From the human T2T-CHM13v2.0 reference genome, Homo sapiens, in assembly GCF_009914755.1 (NCBI RefSeq), contig NC_060932.1: 64,000 bases of DNA; one strand, written 5' to 3'. Numbering within the stretch: position 1 is the stretch's first letter; each line of letters opens with the position of its first letter. Under the pieces are notes generated by a model. The model worked only from the letters and a program-made list of their open reading frames with translations. It ran no database searches and was not told where the DNA came from. Shown here piece by piece: positions 17,055 through 30,559 of this stretch. A program made the translations under genes and the position numbers.

Positions 17055-19768
17055 TCATTTCCCATTCCCTCCTCCCCACAGTCCATGGCAGCCATCAATT
17101 TACATTCTGTCTGTATGAATTTGCCTATTCTGGACATTTTATATAAATGGACTCATATAGTATGTGGCCTTTTATGCCTGGTTTCTTTTACTTAGCATAA
17201 TGTTTTCAAGACTCATCACATTGTAGCATGTACCAGTATGTATCACCTCTAGAGCATGTACTATTTCTTTTTATGGCTATGTAATATTCCATTGCAAGAA
17301 CATACTACATTTTATTTATCCATTCATCCGTTGATAGATATTTGGGTTGTTTTCATGTTTTGGATATTATGTTCTTGCATCTTATTTTTTTTCTTCTGGC
17401 TTCAGTGTCCTTCTTCCTGAAGAAAACTTTAGTAGCTCTTTCAATAAAATTCTTTGAATTGCAAACTCTCTGTCACTCTGCAAATATCTTCATCTTTCCT
17501 CTTGAGTAGAGAAGTATAGGCTGACAGTAATTTTACTCAGCACTTTGATGTTATTATTCTGTTGACTTCTGGCCCTTATTGTTGTTGTTGATAAGTAGGT
17601 TGTTAGTCTAATTGTTGCTCCTTTGTAGGCAATCTGTTATTTTTCTCAGAATGCTTTTAAGATTTTCTTTATCATGGTTTTTTGTTTGTTTGTTTGTTTG
17701 TTTTGTTTTTGCAATTTTACTACAGTTTCTGTATATGTGATTTAGGTTTTGTTTGGGACTCATGCTTCCTCAATTTGAGGATTCATGTCTTCACTAATTC
17801 TGTTAAGCTCTCCACCATTATCCCTTTAAATGTCATCTACCCTTTGTTCTCTCTTTCTTCTCCATATGGAACTCCTCTTATACATTAGGTCTTTTCATTC
17901 TAACCCCTTGTTTCCTAAGATCTCTTCTATATTTTCTAACTCTTTATCCCTTTGTACTGAATTCTGCATAATTTCCTTAGATCCATCTTCCAGTTTACCT
18001 TTCCTGACTTCCCTCTTCTGAATTGAGTCTTACATATTTCTATCAGGACATGTATTATACAATACTGCAATTAATTTTTACAAGGCCATTTCTCCACTAG
18101 ACTATAAGTTCCTTGAAGGCAGAGCTGTGACTTACACACCAACTCATCTTTTAAACCCTAATGACTAGTATAGACCTGGCACAGAGACATTGTTTATTAA
18201 ATACCATTTGAACTAAACTATCGGATCAAATATAAACTGTCTAGAAATAGGACATTTTGACCTTTGGCACTAGAAGGATCTCAGTGAGTAACTATTTTAT
18301 AATAACCGAGGTTTGAATATACCAAACACACAGTTTCTGTGAGAGCAAAATTTGTCCCAGAGTTCAGATTTCAACAATTAAAAGTGTAGTAAAAAGCTAC
18401 TTGCTGACTTTTAAAATCTAGTGAATTTGAATTATACTAAAAAAAGCAAGAAACATATTGGTATAAAGCAGCTGTCAGAAAGTTTCCTGATAATCCTCTG
18501 TATAAACTGATACATCTTATTCTATATTTTTTCTGAAATTTTGTCTAATTATTCAAGGTTGATTGCATGCTTATTAAATTTATTTAATACATTTCTTTGA
18601 ATGGTAGTAACACAGTAAATCCTCATTAACTCCCCTAATTACTGGGGAGGAAAACTTCAAATTTGCAATGCTTTTAAAAGATGGTGGTTTGATTACCTTC
18701 AAAGACATACAGTAACTTGAGGTAACCATTACTAAATACTGCTTCCAATTACAAGCTCTGGTAAATGTACTTTAATGACTACAAATTCCTGCAATCAGAA
18801 GTATCATTTGCATACATTGAGCAGGCCCTTAGAAACTTCCCATTACATTAGATTAAAAATGTCTAGTTTACATCATTACTTATTCAGCACATTATCTCTT
18901 TTTCTAACATTTTAGAATTAATGGAAGTTTAAACATCTCTCTCTTTCTCTTGTTTTCTCTTTCTTCTACTCCCCCACTTCCCTGTCCTTTCACTGGTCAG
19001 GGAAGAGAACAGAGCCAGAGAAGGAAAGTGTCTTATGCAAAGTCACACAGCTAGATAGCAGCCAAATTTTGAGCCCAAGGCACCCAGGTCAAGTCTGAAT
19101 CACTATTTATCTGCAGAATGCAATAGATAACTTTTTGGCTAGTCAATGTCAATGTACCACAATTTTTTAATTAGCAGAATTTGTTTCTTTTTCTCAATAC
19201 AAATGAAATAAAGCAATGACAATAGTTAGGAGGAAAGGTTGTTCCACATCTTAATAATGTAGTTATAAGTAGAGGCCAAAACACAGGAAGATGTCTTTAA
19301 TTAATGTCTGCAGTGCTCACTGTTGTCACCACTGCAGCGTAATTTCTGGCTTTTCCAGGATGTCTTGGCAAATACGTGGTGGCAGCCACAGCATACAATT
19401 TATATAGAATGAGGTTCAAAATAGCAGCATTGATAAGTATTCAGATATTTTAATTGTATTTGGAATAACAATTTTCTATCCTACTTTTATTAGCCAGAAT
19501 GATCTTTAGATATTTCAAATTGACCTGTAGTACTGTGTTATTGACCTGTAATCCATTGTGGAGCGAAAGCAGTGATTTGGCCGTATGGAGACAGGATATG
19601 GTAATACAGGGGTGTGTGGAATTGGTGATCTGTCCCAGCTCTGGCTTTGAACTCAACCATATTCCTGGCTCTGTCTTCAAACCATAAATTCAAAATCAGA
19701 TCCCAGTGGAGCTAGTACATGGCAGAAAAGCACCACAGATTCTGAGCTCGTTTTGAACACAGTAATGG

Positions 19769-19828
19769 TTGTATGCAACCCACAACGGGAATAACGCTTT
19801 GTATGCAACTCACAACTGGAATAATGCT
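19769..19828. repeat. 30-bp tandem duplication (2 copies, 3 mismatches)
   Basis: ttgtatgcaacccacaacgggaataacgct / ttgtatgcaactcacaactggaataatgct. Confidence 0.9.
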
Positions 19829-20189
19829 ATCTCTTGTTCCTGGCAATAAAACATGCATGAACTGGAAATGAGATCTAGTGTCTTGTATCAGCAATAGTAC
19901 AGATTGAGTGATTTAGGTCAACTAATTACTGCAGAAATGACCGTAATGGCCTGTACACACCAGGGGACGTGTCTGAGACATGGGTGTTCAGCTCACCCCA
20001 TTTCATGGTGAACTCTTAGGAATGAGCTGGAGTTGTTTTGCATTTGTACCCAGTAGACAGGTAGGCACATGATATCTCTCCAGGACAGTTAGGACAGGAC
20101 AAGAAGACATCCAAACTCTTAGAGATACATCTTTAAGCATTTAGGGGTAAAGATGTATAACATGTGCCTCTGACTTTCAAATAGTCCAT

Positions 20190-20192
<3 letters not shown>

Positions 20193-20268
<76 letters not shown>
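20193..20268. repeat. (TA)n(GA)n compound microsatellite
   Basis: Seen directly. Confidence 0.95.
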
Positions 20269-20274
<6 letters not shown>

Positions 20275-20796
20275 GAGAAACAAATATTTCACAATGTTAA
20301 CAATTGGTGAATCTCCAGGTGAGGGACATATGGTATTTATTGTACTACTCTTTTTTACTTTTCTATAGGTTTAAAATTTTCCAAGCTAAAAAATTTTAAA
20401 TACACCCTCCTTTGCAGGCTCAGTGAAATTAAGGAGAAGATGGATTTATTTAAAAATAGAGTTAAGAGGAGATGATAACAAGAGAAGAAATGAAAAGGAA
20501 GCTGGCAGAACCAAGAAAAGATGTTAAGGAGAAAAATAAAACCATTGCGCAACTGAAGACCGCATGTAGGCACTGCTTGAGAAAAACACACTATGTAGAG
20601 GGAAAGGACATGAAATGAAAGTGATTAGAGAGAAGAGGAGAGATGTAGGGGACAGACAACTTCAGCAAGCTCACATCAGGATGTTATCCATTCAGTCATG
20701 CATCCATTTGGTATTCATTCAGCAACTGCTAAATGTTAGGTCCTATGTCAGGAATCAAGGATGCAAAGTACCCCCAAGAAGCTCAGAAGGAGTAGA

Positions 20797-21136
20797 AGGA
20801 TGTTACCAGATGCTGGGAAGGGTACTGGGGTAGGGGGCGGTGAGGTGGGGATGGTTAATGGGTACAAAAAACAGGAAGAATGAGTAAGATCAACTATTTG
20901 ATAGCACAACAGGGTGACTACAGCCAATAATAACTTAAATGTGCCTTTAAAAATAACTAAGAGTATAATTGGATTGTTTGTAACGCAATTATAAAAGCTT
21001 GAGGGGATGGATTCCCCATTCTCCATGACGTGATTATTAAACATTGCATGCCTGTATCAAGATATCTCATGTACCCCATAAATATGTGTACCTAATAGGC
21101 ACCCACAAAAATTAAAAATTAAAAAATTTTAAAAGG
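20797..21136 (+). mobile_element. L1MA-type 3' fragment with a retained degenerate TSD
   Basis: L1MA 3'UTR signature; gaagctcagaaggagtaga (20778-20796) vs gaagctgagaagaagtaga (21137-21155). Confidence 0.75.
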
Positions 21137-21268
21137 GAAGCTGAGAAGAAGTAGAGAAAGCAACCACTAACAAGCAGAGCACAGCCTGTTCAATCTCTAA
21201 TAGAGGTGTGCTCCGCAAAACCCCAGGGAATAGAGAAGACAGAGTACAAATCTGTCTAGGGTAGGGAC

Positions 21269-21586
21269 TGTACTTGTTTGCTGTGGCCGTTGTACCAAAT
21301 TACCACAAAACATGGTGGCTTAACATAACACAATTTATTCTCTCACAGTTCTGGAGGCTAGAAGTCCAAATTCAACTTTATTGGGCTGAAATCAAAGAGT
21401 CAGGAGGATACCTGTGATGGCATTTAGGCCCACCTGGGTGAGCCAGGACACTCTCTCCATCTCAAGATCCTTACTTGAATCACATCTGCAAAGCCCTCTT
21501 TCTGCCAGGCAAGGTAACATTCAAAGAAGACTTTGGGATCTAGATGCAGATATCTTTTGCTGGGGGATCTTTGTTCAGCCTACTCC
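21269..21586 (-). mobile_element. MLT1-type MaLR LTR
   Basis: caatttattctctcacagttctggaggctagaagtccaa signature. Confidence 0.7.
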
Positions 21587-22000
21587 AGGGATGGAGTTAG
21601 GGAAGCCTCGCAGGGTGATATCTCACCAGGGTGAGTGCATTCCGGCAAAGGGCAGGGCAAGTACAGGGGCCCAAGGTGCAGCAAACAAGGGGCCCTGCAG
21701 GCCTGAAAGCAGAGGACTGCAGTATAGCTGGTCTGGAGAGGCAAGCAGGAGATGTTCTGTGCCACGGATCCGTAGGCGGTGCTAAGACACAAAGAACTCA
21801 AAGAACACAAAGATACAAACTAGAGAAGGATAAGTCCAGGTTTGGCTTTTGGAAGACTCATCCTAGCTGCAGTGTGGAGGATGGACTGGCAAGGAGACCA
21901 GGGAACAGGAAGACCAAGCAGGAGATAGATCTAGGAGTTCAGACAAGAAGTAGGGGCAATGAGGATAGTTAATTAAAACAGGGTCCTAAAGAAACAATAC

Positions 22001-22169
22001 CAGCTGGGCGTGGTGGCACGCACCTGTAGTCCCGGCTACTCAGGAGACTGAGGTGGGAAGATCACTTCAGCCCAGCAGTTTGAGGCTGCAGTGAGCTATG
22101 ATTGTACCACTGCATCCAGCCTGGGCAACAGAGTGAGACCCTGTCTCTAAAAACAAAAAAGAAAAGAAA
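22001..22169 (+). mobile_element. FRAM-like Alu monomer
   Basis: Single right arm; TSD aaagaaacaata at 21988-21999 and 22170-22181. Confidence 0.8.
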
Positions 22170-23875
22170 AAAGAAACAATATTCATAGCAGCAAACATTG
22201 GAGACAATCTGAACTACGGTAATGCTTTTTAGATTACTGGGTGGGTTGTGCTATTTTTACCACTAATCTCCTTTGTTCTTGTAGATAATTGAGTTGTCTG
22301 CAATACTAACACAAACCGAGTTAAAACTATAATCCTATATGTGAAAAAGAAGAAAGAAAAATTTTCAGTCAGGAGCAGATTTTTAATTTGTTATCTTGGT
22401 TATTGTATGCTATTGGGTTGTTGTGTCCCTATCCTGAGAAAGCTGTACAACACCAGATCCAAATCGGGTTATTTAAAAGCCAACATAAAGGCTCAGGGTT
22501 ACATAACACAGTACATCATTGCTATTCTACAAGCTGTTTCATGCCAATTTTTAATCAACCTTAAAGCCTAGGCAGAAAACCCCAACATATTGCCTTCCCA
22601 TGCAATTAAGAACGATTACATTTGTCTTTTACTAGGGAACACATTTATTTATATAATTGTACATTCTTTGTTTTTAAAAACAAAATTTCATTAAGAATAA
22701 GCCTGAGTTTTACTAAGAAGCCACCAGGTTTTTTCATTTCTGAGAAATGTAAGTCTCAGCAGAGCAAATTTATGGAAAAAGCAATACATTTAATAACACA
22801 CCCTTTGAGGGCTTTTAACACTTTGTCAAATGGAGAGCAACAATAGTCAAGAAAAGGTGAGATTCCAGTTAAGGAAGTCTTAAACTTGGTTCTATTACAA
22901 AACAGCTTAATCCTGTATAATATTGGGGAGGAAATTTTTGAAACAAAAACAGACATGCTGAACACAAAGAATGCCACTGTCTATGTCCAGGTCAATATAG
23001 GGCCTTATAATTTTCATGTTTTACAAGAACATGTTTATTATAATAGTTTTAACAACCCATAATCCTTTGTTTCCAAAGAAGCAGGATTGCAGGCCACCTT
23101 TTGCAGGCCCAGCCCAGGTTTGGAACAAGGCTTCCTCTGCAAAAGCTGGATGCTGTGAGCTCTGTCAGCTGCAATGCTCTACCCCACACCTGCCTGGGTT
23201 TCCGGAGTGCATACTCTATTTGGGAGCAATGCCTGCCTTGAACTCCAACAGTATTTTGTCAGCATCTTTCCCCAAAGACTAAACTCTACAGCCTATATCA
23301 AGTATCAGCCACTGGGTGAGTTTCTGCCTTGATATGGGGAGGGATTGTGATGATGTTGCCACTCACTCACTGATCTCTGCCAGAGACTCCTGAGGCCCTC
23401 ACCACCCACCAGATTAGACCTTTCTGAAATCGAGGCAGACAATCAAGTTCAAGTGTGCTATACCCCTTAGACATTGTGACTTGGGCTCTTCACAACCTCT
23501 AAAGGGCCAATCCTCACAGCCAGGCTAATTTCCTCATCCCCAAGCCCACTATTCCTGGCAAAAGCCTCACATCCTACTGGCATAGCAGCCAGGTCCCAAC
23601 ACAGCTCATGGTCAATGCTCATATGACACCCACACGATTCACTGATGGCAATTGTCATTTGGGTCAAACTGCCCATTTCTCTACCATTGTGACTCCAGCG
23701 GCCATATCCAAATGTATATCACAATGTTTCCTCTTCTGCTTTGGCTCTCTTGTTCACAATCACAAAACAGTACCATGTTAGTTCTGGAAGTTTAATGTAA
23801 ATAGCTCACCAGGTTATATAAGGAAGGTGACTTCTAACCACTCTTTCAAATGTTTTTCAAGTATTTCTAAGGCAT

Positions 23876-23916
<41 letters not shown>

Positions 23917-23925
23917 TACACACAC
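23876..23925. repeat. (CT)n(CA)n microsatellite
   Basis: Seen directly. Confidence 0.9.
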
Positions 23926-25392
23926 AATGTATATTACAAAAAATACAGCTACTTTTTGAGGTCATAGTCCATGTTTTCTGACTCTTTGGTAACACTGCCT
24001 TATAGAGAAGGCCTCTCTGCTTACGGTTTTTCTTGAATGGAATGTTGGTTACATTTTGGACCCTCATTGATTCACTGACCCAGCCTAATGTGGGCTGTGA
24101 TAAGAGGGAACACAATGCAGACAGCCCCAAAACAGCCCTGGAACGATCAGAGCCCTGCAAGTCCAGAGGCTGAAGAGGAAATAAAGACCCCCAGAATTCA
24201 CAGGATTCACCTCAAACTTGAATGAGATATTCACAATGCTAACATGACCCCTAGGACTCTATACAGCATTATATTTTCACACCATAACCTAAGTCAGCTA
24301 AATGCACTAAACTTGTCCTACCTACTGAAGAGGTGTTTGTTGATGAGAAATTGCCAAGCAAGAAGCAAGATAGAGACCAAGCAGAGGACACTACCTTTGC
24401 CATTTATTCCCTTTAATTTTTCTATCAGTAAGAATAAGTAGAGGCCTTTCTAGAATTCCTTGGGGGTAAGGAGAGATATATTTAGAACTTGGAAATAGTC
24501 ACTGCTTAGGGATGATGCTTTTGAAAATATTTCAGAAATTAAACCTATAATCTAAGCTTCTAAGGAGAGTACTGTTCAGGTCCCACCAACAAAGACAAGG
24601 CAGAGTAAGTGGGTTATTCTGGGGAGCCGCTCATGTGAGCCAGGACACAGAAATGAAAGGTCCTGGGTGAGCTGGGAGTGGTGTTAGCCCAAGGGTGTCC
24701 CATGAAGACAAAAATCCATAGGAGGAGGACTTGAGCCCACCTGTGGGGACATTGCTGTTGGGGCATACAGTGCCCTTTCTCTTGTTTACAGGACTCCTAT
24801 TTCAGGTGGGTGTCCAGTCCTTCTCAAGGGTGCCCATGTGCTTTGGGAACACTAAGCCTGGTAACTCCAGCCTTGGCGACTGGTATGAGACAGGACATGG
24901 TCTTAACATCATCCAATCAGACTAAAGCCCATGTTTTTTCACTAGTGGTTGAGAAAGTCAAGCTCTTTCTTCCAGGGGGGTGAAAGGAAGTATGTACCCT
25001 AGAGGGGCGAGCCTGCTAAAAGTGGAACCAACAACCCTGAAGAACAAAAGTTGAAAATGAGAGTGAGGAACTGAGCATTCACCATATTTTTAAAGCCCCC
25101 CTGGATGGAGGCTTGACTGAACCTAGAGTTCTTCTGGCCTTTTACATCATCCAAATGGATTACTTTCTTTTCTTATTTAAGTCAGTTAAAGTTAGTTTCT
25201 TTCTTTCTTTTTTTTTTGTAACTTGCAACCTAAAGCCTCTTAACTTACAAAGCATTCATGGTAGGGAAGCCGAATTCAAAGACCAGAAGAGAGACTGACT
25301 CCTCTTGCAAGCTAAAGAAATCAGGTCAATAGTCCAAGTTCCTGAAGGAGGAAACAATTTGAGAGTTGCAAAGAAGGTGAAGTGGGGTCAAG

Positions 25393-25770
25393 TGATGAAA
25401 TGGTTTAAATGTGTCCCCCAAAGTTCATGTGTTGGAAACTTAATCTCCAATGCAACAGTATTGAAGGTGTGACCTTTATGAGGTGATGAGGTCATGAGGG
25501 CTGTGCCTTCATGAGCGGATTAATGTCTTTGTTTCTGGAGTAGGTTTCTTATAAAAGCAACTTTGGCCCTCTCTTGCTTTCTCTTGCACATTCTTTCACC
25601 ATGTGATGCCTTCCCTCATGTTATGACACAGCAAGAAGGCCCTTACCAGATGCAGCCCCTGGACCTTGGACTTCTCAGCCTCCAGAACCATGAGCCAAAT
25701 AAACTTCTATTGTTTATCAATTACCCAGTCTGTGGTATACTATTATAGCAGCTCAAAAAAGACTAAGCTG
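25393..25770 (+). mobile_element. MST-type MaLR solo LTR
   Basis: atggtttaaatgtgtcccccaaagttcatgtgttggaaac ... aataaacttc ... agactaag. Confidence 0.75.
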
Positions 25771-26000
25771 ATTTAGGGAACCAGTGCTGAGGCCACAGGC
25801 AAGCAGCCAGACACTCATTTTATGCAGACCTGGTATGACCTGCCAAGCTCAGGGTGGGTCTCTGAAGAAGTCATGTTGGGGCAAATGCAATCTTCAGTGA
25901 GGCATGGAGCTCATAACTAAATATATGTTAGCCCATATTTACATTAGGGATCAGTCAGCACCTCCTGATATGTGCCAAAGATGGCAAGATACCTTGTTGA

Positions 26001-26323
26001 GGCTAGGCATGGTGGCTCATACCTGTAATCCCAGCACTTTGGGAGTCCGAGACAGGTGGATCACCTGAGGTCAGGAGTTTGAGACCAGCCTGGCCAACAT
26101 GGTGAAACCCTGTCTCTACTAAAAATACAAAAATTATCTGGGCGTGGTGGTACACGCCTGTAGTCCCAGCTACTCAGGAGGCTGCGGCAGGAGAATCACT
26201 TGAACCCAGGAGGCAGAGGTTGCAGCGAGCTGAGATCATACAACTGCAACTGCACTCCAGCCTGAGTGACAGAGTGAGACTCTGTCAAAAAAAAAAAAAA
26301 AAAAAAAACCAAAAACAAACAAA
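26001..26323 (+). mobile_element. AluSx-type element
   Basis: Full dimer with A/AAAC tail. Confidence 0.9.
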
Positions 26324-27089
26324 CACGTTGAGACTGACCAAGGGCTGGGAAAGTGACATGGTGAGGCAAATGTGTAGTGTGTACATCCTGAGAGCTATAT
26401 GGAGGGGCAGTAGAGTGCTATCTGTCAGGCCTCATGCAATTAGGACGCTTTGGTGGGCCATGACAGACTGGGTGAAGAGATTTGACTTTATGTAAAATGT
26501 AAGTCTATTGGAACATAGGATGGGGAAGGGGGTAGTTAACAGAAGTTATAAATGGAATAGAGGAATATCGGTCTTTCAGGAAAAAAAAACAAGCTAAAAT
26601 AAATGGCACAAAGTCTTATGTTAACACTAAATGAGCTTTCCTAGGCTGGGGTGGTGGTCCTACTGGTTGGTTAAACTACAGTCAGGGTCTATGAAATATG
26701 ATGACACTATTGCCACCAAACACCTCTATCAGCTGTTCCCAGTGCTACACGCACCACCTTTCTAACCTAGAAGTCTGGAAAGTGGCTGAAGACATGGGAA
26801 GAATCTCTGCCTTAGTACTTCGAGATATCAAGTGCTCCAATTAGAAAATGACTCTCATTAGGAAGTGTTCTGAAATGTGACTGAAAGGGAGGCAAACATC
26901 AAAGAGCGTGAGGAAGGCACTAGATGCAGAGAAATAGTGGTTATGGTTTAAAGAAAGCAAAGTTACATTAAATAACTGACATAATTTTTCTTATTTCCAT
27001 TTGCAATGAGCTGAGTCCAAAAATTACTGATTATTAGATATATATTTTTATGACATGTCCTATAATATAGGTTGATTGCAATGTAATAA

Positions 27090-27280
27090 TAGCTAGTGTT
27101 TATTGGGTACTTGCTATGTGTCTGGCATTTTGCTAACTATTTGACATGCATTATCTTATTTTGTGCCTACAACAACTCTATAAGGTACATATGTATTATT
27201 ATTATTTCCATTTATATAGAGAAAGCCGAGAAATGGAGAAATTGAGAAACTTGGCAACACATCCAGTAAAGAGCTGAAGC
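27090..27280 (-). mobile_element. MIR
   Basis: tttattgggtacttgctatgtg ... ttccatttatatagagaaagccgag. Confidence 0.6.
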
Positions 27281-27494
27281 TTTTATAACAGCACAATACA
27301 GGAACAAAAAGGATAGCTTTGGGGAATGCCAGCCTTTCCAAGGTAAGTTATCAAATGTCAGTGTGAACAATCATCAACACTGGAAAAAGAAATTGTTTAA
27401 TTCTCATAAGCTAACAAAATGAATATGACATACCATTTCCCATGCTACCTAGGTGAAGCATGCAAGTTGAATAGTCATAGCAATGCTAGTATTA

Positions 27495-28236
27495 TTTTTT
27501 ATTTTATACATATATATTTTTTAATTATTATACTTTAAGTTTTAGGGTACATGTGCACATTGTGCAGGTTAGTTACATATGTATACATGTGCCATGCTGG
27601 TGCACTGCACCCACTAACTCGTCATCTAGCATTAGGTATATCTCCCAATGCTATCCTTCTCCCCTCCCCCCACCCCACAACAGTCCCCAGAGTGTGATAT
27701 TCCCTTTCCTGTGTCCATGTGATCTCATTGTTCAATTCCCACCTATGAGTGAGAATATGTGGTGTTTGGTTTTTTGTTCTTGCGATAGTTTACTGAGAAT
27801 GATGATTTCCAATTTCATCCATGTCCCTACAAAGGACATGAACTCATCATTTTTTATGGCTGCATAGTATTCCATGGTGTATATATGCCACATTTTCTTA
27901 ATCCAGTCTATCATTGTTGGACATTTGGGTTGGTTCCAAGTCTTTGCTATCGTGAATAATGCTGCAATAAACATACGTGTGCATGTGTCTTTATAGCAGC
28001 ATGATTTATAGTCCTTTGGGTATATACCCAGTAATGGGATGGCTGGGTCAAATGGTATTTCCAGTTCTAGATCCCTGAGGAATCGCCACACTGACTTCCA
28101 CAATGGTTGAACTAGTTTACAGTCCCACCAACAGTGTAAAAGTGTTCCTATTTCTCCACATCCTCTCCAGCACCTGTTGTTTCCTGACTTTTTAATGATT
28201 GCCATTCTAACTGGTGTGAGATGGTATCTCATTGTG
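27495..28236 (-). mobile_element. 5'-truncated L1PA2-type element (~740 bp), sense to NIPAL2
   Basis: ORF2 C-terminus 27732-28232; 3'UTR with GAG diagnostic (aactcgtcatc); possible 6-bp TSD gtatta at 27489-27494 and 28237-28242. Confidence 0.93.
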
Positions 28237-28464
28237 GTATTACATAGACAACTGTGAAGATAATTATTTTGATGAGTAAATTACTACAATAAATTGTCAT
28301 ACGGGAAATATCCAGATCAAGAATAGAAATTGGGTCCCCACACAAACCCTCCCTTTCCCTCCTCCCATCACAACCCTCTCTCTTCCCCAGAGGAATCGCT
28401 GGCCTGACTTTGTGGCAATCACTTTCTTGCTTTTCCTTATAGCTTTATCACCCAAGTGTGTGCT

Positions 28465-28710
28465 CCCAAATACTATAGTAAATGGTGTCTTTTTCTGCTG
28501 TGTCTTTTAGGTCTATTTTAATCTATAGGTCATCCAACTATCCATTTTTTCCACTTTTTTCCTCATAAAAATGATTTTTTAAGAAACCCTAAATACTATA
28601 GTAAATGGTGTCTTTTTCTGCTGTGTCTTTTAGGTCTATTTTAATCTATAGGTCATCCAACTATCCATTTTTCCCCTTTTTTTCCTCATATAAATGATTT
28701 TTTAAGAAAC
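28465..28710. repeat. 123-bp tandem duplication (2 copies, about 5 differences)
   Basis: aaatactatagtaaatggtgtc...ttaagaaacc begins at 28468 and again at 28591. Confidence 0.95.
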
Positions 28711-28988
28711 CAGGCCATGTATGCTGTAATCTGGCAGTTTCCCATAGCCTGGATTCAGCTGATTGCATCAATGCGAATATTATAACTATGTAGCATGACT
28801 CAAGCCATAAGGAGGGTATCAGGTAGATTTAAATGGAAATATCTAGTCTGCCACATATACAAGTATATTAAAACTCAGTTCCTCTAACAAGGGCCCCGGG
28901 GACTTATTTATTGATTTACAAAAGTTTTGAACAGTTGCTTTGAGGTAATCTCTTAATCTCTTTCTTCCTCCCTCTTCCTTCTTCTTGC

Positions 28989-29123
28989 TTTTTTTTTTTT
29001 CTTTTTAAGGGACAGCATCGTTCTATGTTGCCCAGGCTGGTCTTGAACTCTTGGGCTCAAGAGATCCTCCTGTCTCAGCCTCCTGAGTAGCTGGGACTAC
29101 AGGCACGAGCTACCATGCTTGGC
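28989..29123 (-). mobile_element. FLAM-like Alu monomer
   Basis: Single arm with T tail; ttcttgct on both flanks. Confidence 0.75.
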
Positions 29124-30559
29124 TTCTTGCTGCCTTATACATACATCTCCTAGAAAATCTGATAAAGGAAAAAATGTCACATTGGATACATAAGGAAGGG
29201 AACAAAATCAAGTATAAACAAAACAAAATAGAAAAAGGATTTTTCTTAGGAAGGAAATGGAAAGGACCAGCAAGCAACCTCTACTCAGCCCTTTGATTAT
29301 TTGAAAGTTTTGCACTATTCTTTCTTTAAGGGATAGTCATATGCAGCTACTAGTAGAAAAGAGATAGATGGTAGCAAAGCAAAATTAATAAAAGGGTAAT
29401 ATAAAACTCAGCATGATTTTTCTCAAGTCCAGCAAGACAGAAGCCTTAATCATTTTCCCCTCGCATGGACTCTTACCACATTGTTTTCAAGCCTTAGTTT
29501 CTAGCAATGGCCTTCAGGCATGGAATAAAAGTAGTTTTGCAGTTAAACCCACTTGCTGTAAGATCTTGGGGCAAGATATTTAACACAAGTGTCCTTACAT
29601 GAGCAGTGAGGATAACACATACCTTTTGAGGTTGAGGGGGGCTCAAATGAGATAACAGCTATAAAGTGTCACATAGTAAATGCATAACAAATGTCAGTCT
29701 CCTCACTGTCCTCCTCCCTGCCAAGTTGTATCAATTTTCCCTTAAATATGTTGACTTTAAAATCCAAGCCATTGAAAATCAAAAGTTCAAAGAAAGGGCA
29801 TAAAAAATCCTGAAGTTTCATCTCACCCTATGCAGAATAAACCTTTCTGACTATGTCCTTGTGAATTTAGACATTTAACAATATGCATAAACTTAAAGAA
29901 CCAACAACAAAATCCTCCTTCTCATTATTTCCCACATTTTCCCTCTTCTGTCCATTCTCTCTACAAACTTCGCTGGTTTGGCTCTTATTTATTCAACCAC
30001 ATAGCATGAGGGAAGCTGGAGATCTTTTGGTCCAACTTTAATTTTTACCAATAAGGAAACTGACATCCAGAGGAATTAAGTGACTTGTCCAAGTATGCTA
30101 GTTAACAGCAGAGGTCACAGACTCTAGCACTGGTTGCAAATTAAATGCCTATGTTTTGAAATTTCACATGGACCGCATAAATATGTACAAGTATTATGTA
30201 TCCATAAAAATTAAAAAATCTTTAAAAATGCATATGGGGGTCAGTAGGTAAAAGAAAAGAGAACCAAGAGAGCTGCAGCGGGGAGCACAGCTTGCTTTAA
30301 ACATGAGATCCAGCTCAGTGATCATGCGGGGGAAAAGGCCCGGCATTGCTGGAACTCCTAATATTTAAAAAGATGATGGAAACTTGAAATTTTATATTTA
30401 ATCTTCTCATTTTTAAGTGTTGGCAATGTATTGAAGACTTTGAAGCCTCTCTGCTGGTCAAACAAGATGTATCTGTAGGCTGGATTTAGTCCACAGCTGG
30501 CCAGTTTGAAAACTGAATCCTGCTAGCCTTAATTTAAATTTTTTTAAATTTAATTTGCT

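Noticed and set aside
19769-19828. 30-bp repeat as a CRISPR-like array
   Set aside because: Only two adjacent copies with no spacer, in mammalian DNA.
23300-23720. Coding-looking segment (69-aa minus-strand ORF) as a NIPAL2 exon or retrocopy
   Set aside because: No resemblance to the hydrophobic NIPA domain expected next, no recognisable protein, no tail or TSD.
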